A stretch of DNA of 63,854 nt, the filler included, from Diploschistes diacapsis (lineage: Eukaryota): assembly GCA_023645945.1 (NCBI GenBank). It is 11 parts of 11 records of this genome, joined end to end, with 100 filler letters (N's around TTAATTAATTAA, not from the genome) between each part and the next. Parts side by side here need not be neighbours in the genome. Positions count along the whole stretch, not along the records: positions 33,869 to 37,551 come from JALAIB010001873.1; positions 37,652 to 41,327 come from JALAIB010001874.1; positions 41,428 to 45,099 come from JALAIB010001875.1; positions 45,200 to 48,867 come from JALAIB010001876.1; 7 more parts are not named here. One strand, written 5' to 3'. Numbering within the stretch: position 1 is the stretch's first letter; the number at the start of each line of letters is the position of its first letter. The notes under the pieces were generated by a model that saw only the letters and a list, made by a program, of their open reading frames with translations, did no database searches and was not told the origin of the DNA. Positions 36,989 through 48,867 of the stretch are shown here, piece after piece. The position numbers and the translations under genes were made by a program.

Positions 36989-39900
36989 CGCGTCGGTACT
37001 TTCTTGTTTTGAATTGAAATGAGCGCCGAGTTATGAGGGATCCTGTATCAGGGGCGGTCGCAAACACAGATCAGACGCCGTTGCAGCGCGGTTGAAGGGG
37101 TAACCTGGGGGAGGAGGAAACAATGCACGGCGCGGATCCCACAGGCCAAAGGGGCGCGCAATGATCCGGAACTGAACTAATAGTATACAGAGGATGAAGG
37201 AGGAAGAGCAATTGAGCGACTTGGATCAGCCTCGTCCAGCGATGGTTCGACGAGAGTCGTCCAAAGGAAGGGCCAGCCTGAAGGAGATTAAGGTCTCTCA
37301 AAGACGGCGGTGAGCGGGTATAAACGAAAACACGCAAGAAACGAAGGTGCTGAAGAAACAGCGAATGCAGCGCTGCGATAAGTTCGCTCCGACCGACCCG
37401 TGACAGGGAAAGAAGAGGACAACGACAATTGGAACAATTGATGGAAAGGGCCACAGGAGTGATGATGTGTAAGAGGTTGGCCTGTTTGACTTTTTGCTGC
37501 TGCGCGCACTGCTGCCGTGAGAGTTTGGAAAGGTGGTGGGTGGTGGTGGGGNNNNNNNNNNNNNNNNNNNNNNNNNNNNNNNNNNNNNNNNNNNNTTAAT
37601 TAATTAANNNNNNNNNNNNNNNNNNNNNNNNNNNNNNNNNNNNNNNNNNNNCTTTCATAGTGTTCTTTCAAGCACAGTACGGAGGTACCAAATACTTTTA
37701 CGACTTTCCCTTTTGAGTGTCCCCTCCAACTCGAGTCAGCTGAAGCATGCGGGTTTGACAGCAACTATGACAGGACGGAGGGACGGCAGAAAGTGCGGTC
37801 AGTAACCGTAATTTCTCTTTTCTCTTATCAGGGGCGCACGCGCTTTTGACCAACAAGTTTGGCTCCCTCTTTGTTCTTGTTCCACTGGCACACACCCATG
37901 AATGATAGCAAGTGGGGCGAGCGAGCCGATTTGTGAAGATGGATGGGCTTTGGATGAGTAATGGATTACGGCGTGGGAAGTGAATGAGTGACGAAGGCCA
38001 AGAAGAGTAATAAGTCCAGAAGCGCCAATGAGAAAGAAGATCGAGCTTGTAGCAACTCGCTTCTAGAAGCCGGAGCTGACCACGTGACGCACTCTGGGAA
38101 AGTCGAAAGTTGCTTCAAAAAGTCTTCAACTGAGGAATTATCCTTCCACTGGGCTTGCCTACCCGTATGACCGATGACCGACTACCAGGTCCTACGGTCA
38201 GCAAGCGAGGCCGCTCCCTGATTTCCTTCAGTTGTTGCTCTGGATCGGGGAATATGGTATCATTGTCACTCGATCAATCTCAACCTGCCATGCCCCATTG
38301 ATGGCTTGTTGTGGCAAGGGAGACTGCCTCGTGCTTGGTTAGCGTCTGTCAGACAACTTCTCGAGTCTCGACCACGCGTACGTCGAAACCCGGAGTTCCG
38401 AGTCGAGAACGGCGGACCGGGGGTCTAGAGCGACCCTATGTTACAAATCGATACACTACAGGTCTTAGCGGCGATAGTTGGAAACATGAAAAGTGGAAAC
38501 ATGGGATTTGACGTCCAGAATACTTTTATGGATTCTATTAGGGCGTGCATCTGGTCGACCAACGATGAGTCTAATCTGGTTACTGGAAAGTCGTATACGC
38601 TTTCGACCGCAAGGGCATCATTGCTATGGGAGCGGTCAACCAAAGCTCCAATTTTACCTTCCTGGATGGCCATGGGCACTTCTCAGGTACAGCCCTTCTC
38701 AACGTAATATTGTTGAGACATCTCTGCCCCTGTCAGAGTTCCCCAAGCGTCAAAAGAATATGGTCGAATTCGAACATAGGTCGTTTCTCCAACAGAACCG
38801 GAATGCTAAAGCAGAGGGGTGCAGGAGCAGGAATCTGCCACAGGGCCCGCGTTGCTGTTCGCTGCTGGAGACGCCTGGCTAGGAATTTAGAAGGTAATAG
38901 CTACAAAAGTACACGACGCTGCTAAGCTTGCCTGGAATCCAACGGTTGAGTTAATTGCCTCATCGACATGACGATTGATCCCTGGAAAGCACGACGTCGC
39001 CTACGTTGCAGGATCGTTGGCGATGCTGAGCTTGTACAGAACATGTACCCTGAACTAACGCTGAAACGTTTTCACATCCGCGTGTATCTCTCAAGATTCC
39101 CGGTCCTAGAAAATTCTAGCGTGACTATGGAATAACCTACGCTCTTGAATCTTGAATCCAGCCGACGCTGCACAAAGCCCGGGGTCGTTCCTATTGGGAT
39201 TTACTGTTCGTATACTATCGTTGGCTTTTACGCTTTTGGACCAACGCCAATGCGATGCCGGCAGGCTTGCATATGCGGCATTATCTGTACTCGAGCACAA
39301 TGAGATTTTGGGAGCCTCTCCCTGTTTGCTGTTGCGACGAGAAAAAACCTCCCTCTCCGTTTTAAGCTTAGATTAAGGTTTCTGCTTCGCCATACTCCGC
39401 ATCGGAAACTCTGAGCTTGAGCGACTGCTTCAGGTGTGGGACGATACCAATTTTGTACTCGAATTCCTCATGCAGCAAGCGAGTGCTAGTTTATGAAAAG
39501 TTAAGGTGTTTTCGCATTAGATTTTTTGGGTTTGAGGGATCACAAGGCGCATAGCCTTCTACTGGTCTGCTCCGTTCAGCTAGCCCAACCTTACCAACTG
39601 TCTATATCAAAACAGTTGGCTCGGTCTTGAGGGGAAACTGCATGTCCAAGAGGTCTCTCTCTCCCTGTCTCTCTCTCCCTGTCTCCTGAGCCAAGAACGA
39701 ACGATGCGTTGCTCTATGGTTCGCGACGGTCGATGCCTCATGTCCACTACGCTTACGCAGAACAACGAATGCCCAAGTTGATTGAGCTGGTTTGGCACTT
39801 CCAACTCGAAGGCTCTGTTAGGTTCCAGCATAGCTTCATGGGCAAGCCTTGGCGCCAGACATTGGACGTACACTCCTGATTTGCTACTTGCTTCCCGACA

Positions 39901-40405
39901 ATTTCGCTTCATTTAGCAGTTGAAGTACCATCACGGCTGGTTGTTTTCCTTCTGTCCAGCCCTTCACTACTTGCTGCTGCTAGTACTTTTCTTCAACATT
40001 ACAGCACAACTCATCCGGTTTAATCAGTAGGTTGGAACCATAAGTTGCTATGGTTTCCTCCCATAACACCGAATGGATTAGTGTCTCTGTAAAACTCCAA
40101 CAGAAACGGAAGCAGGAGTCCGGAAGCAGAAGTATCGCTTGTGTTGAGTCAATCAGTAGCAAGTCAAATGATTCCAGTTGTCTCGTGCGTGTCAAAAAGA
40201 AGCAATCACTTTAAGTGAAGCCATCTTTGATTCTCACGAAAGCTGAAAAGCCGACATATGCTCAAGACAGTCTTTAACCGATGGTGTGGAAGCGCTTATG
40301 TTTTTGCTTCTTTGTTCGATCGTGTGTGTCTCCTAGCTGACTCGGTGGCCAACTTTTCTGGATCAGAGTGGACAATAACCTGCCCGGTTGACGATAGCCC
40401 CATCT

Positions 40406-40684
40406 GACCTTTCTAAGCCAGAGCGTACAACGTACAACGGGCCTTAACGTTAAACGATGGCCCTTATCGACCTTTTCCATACCAGAGCATACAATGGCTT
40501 TCATGTGGAACACTGGCCCTGACCGACCCTTTTTGAACCAGATCGTGCAACGACTTCATCGTTAAACCACGGCCCCAGGCGAGCCTTCCTGAGCATACAA
40601 CGGTTTCATCGTTGGACGATGGACCTGACCGACGTTTCTGAACAGAATGTACAGTGGCTTTAACATCAAAAGCTGGCCTTACTC
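40406..40684. repeat. Degenerate ~56-bp minisatellite, 5 copies
   Basis: Units start at 40406, 40469, 40525, 40581 and 40631. Consensus is approximately GACCTTTT...CCAGAGCRTACAAYGGYTTYAWCGTTRRACRMTGGCCCTGACC. Confidence 0.8.
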
Positions 40685-40810
40685 AGTCTACATCGACCTT
40701 ATACGACTGGTGAGCCCTGTGACATCCAAGTAGGGCTTCCTCGCAGCTTAGGTTCAGCAGCGTTGAGGGGGCAACGGCAGTCAATTTACTCAGCAAAGCC
40801 ACCAACCAGC

Positions 40811-41309
40811 ATGCCAAAAGAAGTCATCAAACTTGTCGGCCTTCGCGGGCCAGTCAACATCCACGTTCCTGTTCCCTCGTCGCTATCCATCGAAGACACT
40901 ACCTTCACTCTCCGGCGCCGCAAAAGCACAGTCGCCTCGGCCCTCCGGTACATCAACCTCCTCCTTCCCGCCCCCACCAACTCTCCCAGCCCTATCTCGT
41001 CCAACCTGCCAGAATGCCCCGTCCATCGCGCACCTCACACCCACATTCCTCTACCCTCATCTTCGCGTGGCCGAGTGCAAGCGTCTACTTCGCACAGTCC
41101 TCGGCCCTAGCTACGTCAGCGGGGGGCAGAAGGGTTCGCGGACGCCATCAGGCGCGCTCTTGACGCAGACGAGGCGCGACGCACCATTTAGGCGAAGAGG
41201 GCCAAGCGCATGAAAGAAGAGAGGATAGGAGGAGGGCGGGAGCACGAGGCGATCAGAAAGAACAAGGAGGTCGTGGAAGGAAATTGGGAGGGGAGGGATG
41301 GAAGGTTAG
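40811..41309 (+). pseudogene. Frameshifted GC-rich reading frame, unknown protein
   Basis: MPKEVIKLVGLRGPVNIHVPVP...ALRYINLLLP, then (next frame) LTPTFLYPHLRVAECKRLLRTVLGPSYV, then (third frame) ADAIRRALDADEARRTI*AKRAKRMKEER. Coding-like composition, but broken. Confidence 0.3.
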
Positions 41310-41770
41310 CTTGGCACTGGGTAGGTGNNNNNNNNNNNNNNNNNNNNNNNNNNNNNNNNNNNNNNNNNNNNTTAATTAATTAANNNNNNNNNNNNNNNNN
41401 NNNNNNNNNNNNNNNNNNNNNNNNNNNGGGTATTTGGGAGCTGTATGGAAATGAGGAAAAGAGAAAGGTTTTTGGCGAAGCCGGGGAGGAGGGGGATTCC
41501 GGTAGGGGATGCAAGAGGTTGTGGGAGAGGGCGTGGGCTCGGATTTTGGGAAGTAGATGTCGGAGAGAACGCTTGAGCGGAATGAAGGCGTGCCTGATCA
41601 ACATGCGGGCTGGGAGTACACGTAACTGAAGTGGATGTGGGACACGCTTGTATGAAGTTCAGGGCTTGGGGATTGGTATTGCTGTGTTGTGTTGTGAATG
41701 TACACCAACCCCTTTTTTGTGTGTCTCTCTCTCTCCCCCCCCTCTCTCTCTTAGATATCGAAACCACTTA

Positions 41771-41827
41771 TTCATTTCCCGCACTGTTATCGACTGCTTC
41801 ATTTCCCGCACTGTTATCGACTGCTTC
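41771..41827. repeat. Perfect 27-bp tandem duplication
   Basis: TTCATTTCCCGCACTGTTATCGACTGC twice, plus TTC. Confidence 0.9.
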
Positions 41828-42216
41828 GCGCACGAGAGCCAGCGAAGACCTCACCAGAAGCCAGAAGGGCCGAACTCTCAACTGCTCTTGAGTGCTCCCC
41901 CTCCTTCTTGGTAAGCCCTAGGTCATATCCCAATTAATAGTGTCGGGCAGTCCATTCTAGTCCAAATAAATGGAACGTGTACTTCTCCAACAACAAATCT
42001 GAAGCGCCTCCGAGCTTCATTCAAAGTCGAAACCAGCCAGCAACAAGCTCGCAGCAAATGGGTATCATAACCGTAAAAAACATGGTCCAAATCGAAAACA
42101 ACTCGCGCCCACTCGTCAAAATAAGCTCCAGATCTTATCCCCGTGTAAAAAAACAAATCGCCAACTTGCCCCATAAGTCTTGCCCACTGGCTTCATGCTT
42201 CGGCTTTATGCTCCCC

Positions 42217-43584
42217 TCAATCATCATCCAGCATAATCGGATCGTCCTGGGTCTGCCCCGGTTCCTCCTCATACTCCGCCGCGCCATATATCTTACCGCG
42301 GTAAGTCTCGGCAACTTCGTCATAATCACCCTCTTCTTCATATTCTCCTTCTTCATCGTACCCCTCCTCGTCGTAGTCTTCGCCATACGCCTCATCATTA
42401 TTCTCGTCCGTGAATTCTTGCTTAAAGTACACACCATCGCTGCCACCACGATGGTTATGGGGTACCCGGACTTCGACTTTGACGTAGGACGAGTCCATCA
42501 CTTCTTCGCGCGTGCTGAGGTCGCTTGAGGCAGTGTCTTCGTCAGTCAGGCGTTCTTCCACTGCTGAAGTGGCCGATTCTTCGCGCTCTATCTTGATAGG
42601 ATAGGTGTTGCGGTCTGGGTCGGGCTCAGTTTTGAAACTGTCGAGGTCGTTGGTGGCGGTACTTGCGTACAAACTTTTGAATTTGACGACAGATTCACAG
42701 GGCGGCGCATTGTCCGGATTGATCGTCTCTCGAGGCGTGTTGTTGGCGGTCTTGACGCTCCCTGCCTCTTCCTCAACCGAGCGGGCGCGCTTTCTGGCGG
42801 TGCCGCCTTCTTCATCAAAGACGTCGGATAATCGCCGTTTCTGTCCGCTCATTCTGGGCTGGCCCTGTGATGTATTGGGGGCGACAGGAACAGCCTCATG
42901 CAGGGCCGGATCGATCAGTCCATTACAGTCCGCCATAATGTCGAGATTGCCTTGAGGTTGCTCCACAGGCTCGGGCGCACCGAGGTCGCCTGTCTCCATT
43001 GCCTTGAGTAGCAGTTCGCTCTGGATCTCCTCGGCCATTGCAGGGCGCATTTCTTCTATCAACTGTTCGCATACTTCGGCCCGTAGATCTTCTCTCAGTT
43101 GATCTATCACTTCATCCCTAAGCTCCTGGCGGAGCTGCTGCTGAACTGTCACTTCGAGCTCTTGCTTCCACCAAGAAGTAAGTTCTTCTCTAATTTGCGG
43201 CTCCAGCTCGTCGTGCAGAGCTTCTGTTATGTCTGCTCGCAGTTGCGACTCCACGTCTTGCCTTAAACTCTTCTTCAACTTCTTTTCGACGCGTGGGGCG
43301 AGCTCCTTCTCGAGCTGGGCGATCGCCTCTTGACGAGCCCGCTCATCAAGCATTTTGCGTTGCGCTTTCTCATAGCGCTCGCGGGCTGCAGCCTGCACTC
43401 CTGATTTTACGTCATGAATGTTGTCCTTGTCCTTGTCCTTGGCTTGCTGACGCAGCAGATTTTGAGCGCGTCTTATCGATTCTTGCATTGACAGGCTGAT
43501 ATTGCCAGCGGCAGACGAGCTGATGCTCATACCGTCAGTAGATTTGGTGGAGCTGGCACCTTTGAATCCTTTGTTCGAAGACAT
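42217..43584 (-). CDS. Hypothetical 455-aa protein: coiled coil with (L/I)R.E(L/V) repeats, basic NLS-like motif, acidic tail
   Basis: Uninterrupted 455-codon ORF. Heptad-like repeats (LRQDVESQLRADITEALHDELEPQIREEL...LRQELRDEVIDQLREDLRAEV), QKRRLS...ARKRAR, and an E/D/Y-rich end GQTQDDPIMLDDD. Confidence 0.75.
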   Translation of the reverse strand: MSSNKGFKGASSTKSTDGMSISSSAAGNISLSMQESIRRAQNLLRQQAKDKDKDNIHDVKSGVQAAARERYEKAQRKMLDERARQEAIAQLEKELAPRVEKKLKKSLRQDVESQLRADITEALHDELEPQIREELTSWWKQELEVTVQQQLRQELRDEVIDQLREDLRAEVCEQLIEEMRPAMAEEIQSELLLKAMETGDLGAPEPVEQPQGNLDIMADCNGLIDPALHEAVPVAPNTSQGQPRMSGQKRRLSDVFDEEGGTARKRARSVEEEAGSVKTANNTPRETINPDNAPPCESVVKFKSLYASTATNDLDSFKTEPDPDRNTYPIKIEREESATSAVEERLTDEDTASSDLSTREEVMDSSYVKVEVRVPHNHRGGSDGVYFKQEFTDENNDEAYGEDYDEEGYDEEGEYEEEGDYDEVAETYRGKIYGAAEYEEEPGQTQDDPIMLDDD

Positions 43585-44750
43585 GTTGGGTAGTCAAAGT
43601 TTCTGGCTACCAGAGTGTATTAACTCAACTTGGTAGTGACGGAAAGTTTAGTAGTAAGTTCATCGAAAAGCAATGTGCTCAGCCAGAACCAAATAAGACC
43701 TATAAAATCTTAAATAACGTCTAGAACCAGTTGAGTCTCAACAGGTTGCTTCAAAACACTTTGCGTATGTTCGAAGCTCGAACAATAGGGTATTGTGAGG
43801 TCGAAGTTTATCGCGTCTCAGCTATTCAAATTGGTATTTCGTCTGGCACAGTTCCAAGACGTTGGTTCAGTCAAGATTGTTGACGAGTGACTGCTCGGAG
43901 ATAGATATTGCTTCGACAAAAGACGCGGTAGTCTACAAGATGTAGAGCTGTATCAGAATGGTAGAGAGGAGTATGGAGAAGCTGATCGAGAGACCTTTCA
44001 AGTCGGAACGCGAGCTATTTGAACAAGAGTTGAATTTTCCAAATTAGAGGACTTAGTAGTCGGCCAGAACTCGAGCCCTATCAAACTTAGGAAGAAGTAA
44101 GGTTGACATAAGCAAAGAGACCTCGACTATGAGCACGAGGTAGATGAATCAAAGCAAAGAGTAGTTCGTGATTGTGTAGGTGGATAGCAAGAAGCTTAGG
44201 CCGTTGAGTGAAGAGAAAGTCTCGAGACGATTGCCGCAGGTGGAATCTGAATATTAGTAGCTATTGTGAGTCAAACAAACACAGGGCTTCCAGCGGTCTC
44301 GGAGGTTGTAGAAAAGATCAAAACAGCAAGTGGCAGAGAGCTGGGCTTGAGTTAATATTATAAACTATAACCAGCAGCGGCGCAAATGAGCTTCCGCCCG
44401 AACGCTTCCAACCCTCATCACGCGCCGGCTTTAATACCGTGGTCAAAGGCAGAAGCGGGTGGTAGGTGAAGCTATCGCGAGGTTAGAGTGAGTTTGGAGG
44501 AGAATGGACGTTTGCGCGCAGCAGGCCATTGGCTGGCGGGGCTAGATCCGATTGGGAGCTGGTCTGGCTACTTACCTCCGTACCCTTGCAAGCGAAATCC
44601 CATAATCTCCGTATAGCTTCAAGTAAAAGCTTCCATTCCTCGATCCCAAGCATCGCCTCTCCACTCCTTCAACACCATTTCCCACCACTGACGCCCCCCA
44701 CCCATTCCAATTCCCATCGCCGTCCCAGTCCCATTCCCATTCCCGAAAAA

Positions 44751-45063
44751 ATGGACATCCGCCTCCTCACCGCCTCCGACCTCCCGCACGTCCAACAGAC
44801 AAACCTCACCAACCTGCCCGAAAACTACTTCCTAAAATACTACCTCTACCACGCGCTCTCCTGGCCGCAGCTCTCCTACGTTGCCGTCGACATCGCCCGG
44901 CCGCCCAAAACCCCCTACGACCCGCCCAAGATCGTCGGCTACGTGCTCGCGAAGATGGAGGAAGAGCCCACGGACGGCGTGCAGCACGGGCACATCACGA
45001 GCCTCAGCGTCATGCGCACGCACAGGCGGCTAGGACTGGCGGAGAAGCTGATGCGGATGAGCC
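44751..45063 (+). CDS. NAA10: NatA catalytic N-terminal acetyltransferase, first exon; truncated at the contig end
   Basis: [47 protein letters not shown]...[43 protein letters not shown] (Ard1 signature). GT donor at 45064. Confidence 0.96.
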
Positions 45064-45199
45064 GTGCGCCCTCCCCCTCCCCCCTGCATTCCCTCCCAAN
45101 NNNNNNNNNNNNNNNNNNNNNNNNNNNNNNNNNNNNNNNNNNNTTAATTAATTAANNNNNNNNNNNNNNNNNNNNNNNNNNNNNNNNNNNNNNNNNNNN

Positions 45200-45499
45200 C
45201 TACTATGGGGGAGGAACCACGAGGATATAGAGGGGGAGTTTGACCCAAATCGGGCGATGGTCCCCTCCGGGCGAGGATTACAAAATATTCTTTTTTTTTT
45301 TTAAAGAAGAGAGATGACGTCAAATTAAAAGTGTGCGCAATAGGATAAGGGATGTAGAAGGGAAAGTACTGCGGAACATACCGTTTTCGCTTTCTGCCTT
45401 GGCCTGCGCCTGGGCTTGCAGCCGCGCGGCCCGGTTGGACTCGTAAGCGGCTATGTCGTCCGGAGTCAGGGTTATGAGGGTTGGGGGGCGACGGAGCAT
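45200..45499 (-). CDS. CDC26: APC/C subunit Cdc26-like protein, 5' part (exon 45499-45382, probable exon from 45289)
   Basis: MLRRPPTLITLTPDDIAAYE matches the Cdc26 N-terminal motif MLRR.PT.I.L...D+..+E. GTATGT donor at 45381; the gene runs into the contig end. Confidence 0.75.
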
Positions 45500-48460
45500 T
45501 TTTGGTATAGTAACTCTGTTCAAAGTTCGTGTTTTTGTTCTTCAAGAGATGAATAGGAGGGCGGATTGAAGGGAGGACATGGTACTGGGAGGGGATAATA
45601 TACTTTTGCTTCGAGTTCGGGGGAAAGGTTATGTTATGAGTGGATGACTCGGAGTATGGGTTGAAGTTAAATAAATAGGGGTTGAGAACATTGCTTGAAC
45701 TGTTTATGGCAATTCTTGGCGGGAAGGGCGCATTTCTGCTTACATGAGATGATGCTAGCCCTACCGTTGTTGATCGCACTGTTATTCCTCTGAGCGTTCA
45801 CTTTGAACCTATCAAGATCTAAGTTCAAGCTGCACAGTTCTCCTTAATACAAAAAGGCTTCATAGCCTACAGTCATACAACCAGGTAGGTTCTTGCAAGG
45901 TGCGTCGATGAATGAATATATAGTCAACTGACAAGCCTAACCGTCCCCAGCTCTTTCAGATCTGCTACACACTCCTTGTGTTATTGGCCGTATGCTTCTT
46001 TTAATGAGACACTTCTTTTGCAGATCGACAGGTCGGCTGAGGCAGCCTGATCTCTCCTTTGGAGAGCACTGGTTGATTGTATGAGCCCTTGGGCCACCTT
46101 TCGGCTCAGTGTGGCTCCCGTGTTGCATACTGTAAGTCAGAGTATGAATCCTTTGAGATACGTATGTTCTTGAAATCAACCCACAAGTTGAATGCTTGGG
46201 TTTGTCCCTTATGGTTGACTGTCTACGATTGATTACAATAGCTTGTAATCCCCCATATACGACTTTATCAAGGGACTTCTTTATCTTAATATCCTGATGG
46301 ATGTACAATAGTAGTACCTGAATCTGTTTGCTACATTGTTCAAAGTCGTTAACTTTTTCTGATTTATACTTTATTCATACGAGACGATTCTTTTCACAGG
46401 TTAGGGTGTAAGTTTATAAATCTAAAAAAGGCCGTAACAATATCCTTTAGTTTGGATCTACCTCGTGGGACCTTTTTGATTAATGTCTGCTCATCGTTGG
46501 AAGAGCACAGCTATTGACCAAGCTCGCTCACTACTATTATTTAATACTCTGTGGCTAGTCCATTTCCTTCCTTAGATGTTGCCCTTAAGGCAAGCTCATG
46601 TTCATTTTGTTCTACAGCCCAGGCTCTTTGGTCCGAATTTGGATCTCCACAAACAGAACTGATACAAATATACTTCAATATACAACAAGCACCGAATGCC
46701 GCAGAATAGGTTTAGAATATAATGAACGTGTTGTTTTTCTTGCCCTGGGCTGTAAACTATGGTCACCTAGGACTATGGAGCTCGCAAGCGTTGTATAGCC
46801 AGATGGAATGGCGTCCTCTCCGCAAACACCGAGCTCAGTAATTCCCGATCCACTGGACCCCCTTTCCTGAAGTGCTCTGTATAAATAAGCAGGCATTTGA
46901 CGAGTCCGGCGTTGGAGTCCACTTTTACTCCAGGTATTCCACGGGATTCGTCGCTTTGCGCCCCGCCTAGATGGCTATGGGTATCTTCACGGTCACCTAC
47001 ATAAAGAGTTGTTGTTCTCTATTATTGCAGATCGTGGCTGAAGTCGCCATGTCCCTGCTCCCTACGGTGGATGTAAGTGACAGAAGCCAAGTCGATTTCC
47101 CCTTTGGGGGAGCCCAACCTACTCCCATGAAAGACCGCCATTGCATATTGTTATTTGGTGCTAGTTCGAATCCAGCCTCTTTTTTCTTTTTTCTTTCTTT
47201 TTCCATCTCAACTTGCAAACTTGCGGGTGCTTCACGTCTATCTATATTATCTCAGCAAACCTGCAGCTTTCTCCCCTAGTTTAAACAAGTGATTCTTCAG
47301 AACCTCAACTCAAAAGATGTATACGATCACTATGATCCTTGCACGTGTGCAATCAACCATCTCTACTCAAGCGTAGAGAAGTGCAAGTTGGGCGATCACA
47401 TGACTGGAGCTCGAACATTTAATGATAATCTTACAAAGCGCCAGTTCAATACCGCTTAGCCACATAGGCAAAAGAGCAACAATACTGCATTGTGCCAGGA
47501 TTGAACTAAACTGATATACATATGCGAGACCACAATTTGCGTGTACCCTGGATATCCGGAATACGGCCAGACTGTTCGGTAAAGGACACTAGAAGCACAA
47601 GGATCGAGATGCAGCGTTAGGACCGTGAAGTCTAAAATTAAGCCTTCTCATACTCAACATCATCATTTTTCTTAAGCAATCGGCCATGTACCGGACACAG
47701 AACCTTTCGCCATGCCATCAAGTGTTCATTTTTTTTTTAATTTCAAAGTATATATACATCCTCAACAGGAAAAGCAGTACATCACGCCCGAAGAGTTCAC
47801 CAAACAACAAGGCTAGGGGCGACTTCCTTTATTTAATCTATGTACCAGCGCTATTGTCTGTCCAGTTCCAGCACAAAGCACCCTTCTCCTTTTTTCCCTC
47901 CACCGTATCCTACTATGTACCAGTCCCGATATGTATTGCGTTTGTTGGCTCTCTGTTGCAAGCTTCTTTTTCCTGACACTTGAGGTGCCGGTGTCTAAAT
48001 TGCTAGACATCTGTTTAACGTCCTGAATAGCATTTTGCTCAATGCCTAGATCGAAAATACCATCTATCTTCTTGCTTGAGCAGATTTATTTTCATCATCT
48101 TCTTCATTTAACATCCCAACCCAGGTGACAACAGAACCTGATTCAATCACTACTGTCCCAAAAACCCCACAGACTGAGAACTGCCTCCCAGATACAAAGA
48201 ACTATTGACTCAAACAACACAAGGACCGAGCAATGCTCTCTCGGAAATAAAGACATTGGCCATCACCTCGAACGGTGAGAATCCTCTGCACATCGACCTA
48301 AGCAGCAGATATAACCTCTATCCCTCTGACCATCCTGAATCTATATCCTCCAGCGTTAGTAACCCATCTCACATTCTCCCTCCAATCCCCAACCCCCTTA
48401 CCTAACCAACCACCTCCATCCCCACTCTCCAGCAGATCAACACTTTCCAGCGCCACTCAA

Positions 48461-48867
48461 ATGCCATCCAAGCTCATCATCCTCGCCGCAACTTGCACCC
48501 TGCGCCTCGCCGCCGGTGCCACCGCGCTGTTCATCCCGTAGCCGACCGTCGCCGCATCCAGCATCCTTACAACGACAACAGCCCCCCGCGGCTGCCGAAA
48601 CCACCACTGGCACCGTTGACCCGCCCGATCAGGAAGAGGCAGGCGGACCCGACCCAGATACTGGGGAAACTTCTGCGACCCGTGCAGTTGTGTAGTACGA
48701 CTAATGTGTCCCATGCGACACGACTCGTCCGCGGCAGCTTGTAGGGAAGGGGATTGCGAGCGGGATGCTGTTCCGTGGGATCCTCTTTGGAGCTTTTTTT
48801 TTTTTTTTTATCTGGCCTGGGAGATTTGGGGCTGGTTGCCGGATGTGGAAGGGGTATGGGGTAGGGG
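48461..48867 (+). pseudogene. Possible decayed small secreted Cys-rich protein
   Basis: Signal-peptide-like MPSKLIILAATCTLRLAAGATALFIP, stops at 48539 and 48617, then in-frame YWGNFCDPCSCVVRLMCPMRHDSSAAACREGDC. Confidence 0.3.

Noticed and set aside
40406..40684. CRISPR-like array
   Set aside because: Eukaryotic context; the units are similar along their whole length, with no unique spacers and no cas genes.
44751..45499. NAA10 and CDC26 as a convergent gene pair
   Set aside because: They are separated by an artificial spacer and lie on different contigs.
47106..47190. tRNA-like element (GTTCGAATCC followed by a T-run)
   Set aside because: No A-box or D-arm and no consistent cloverleaf could be folded.
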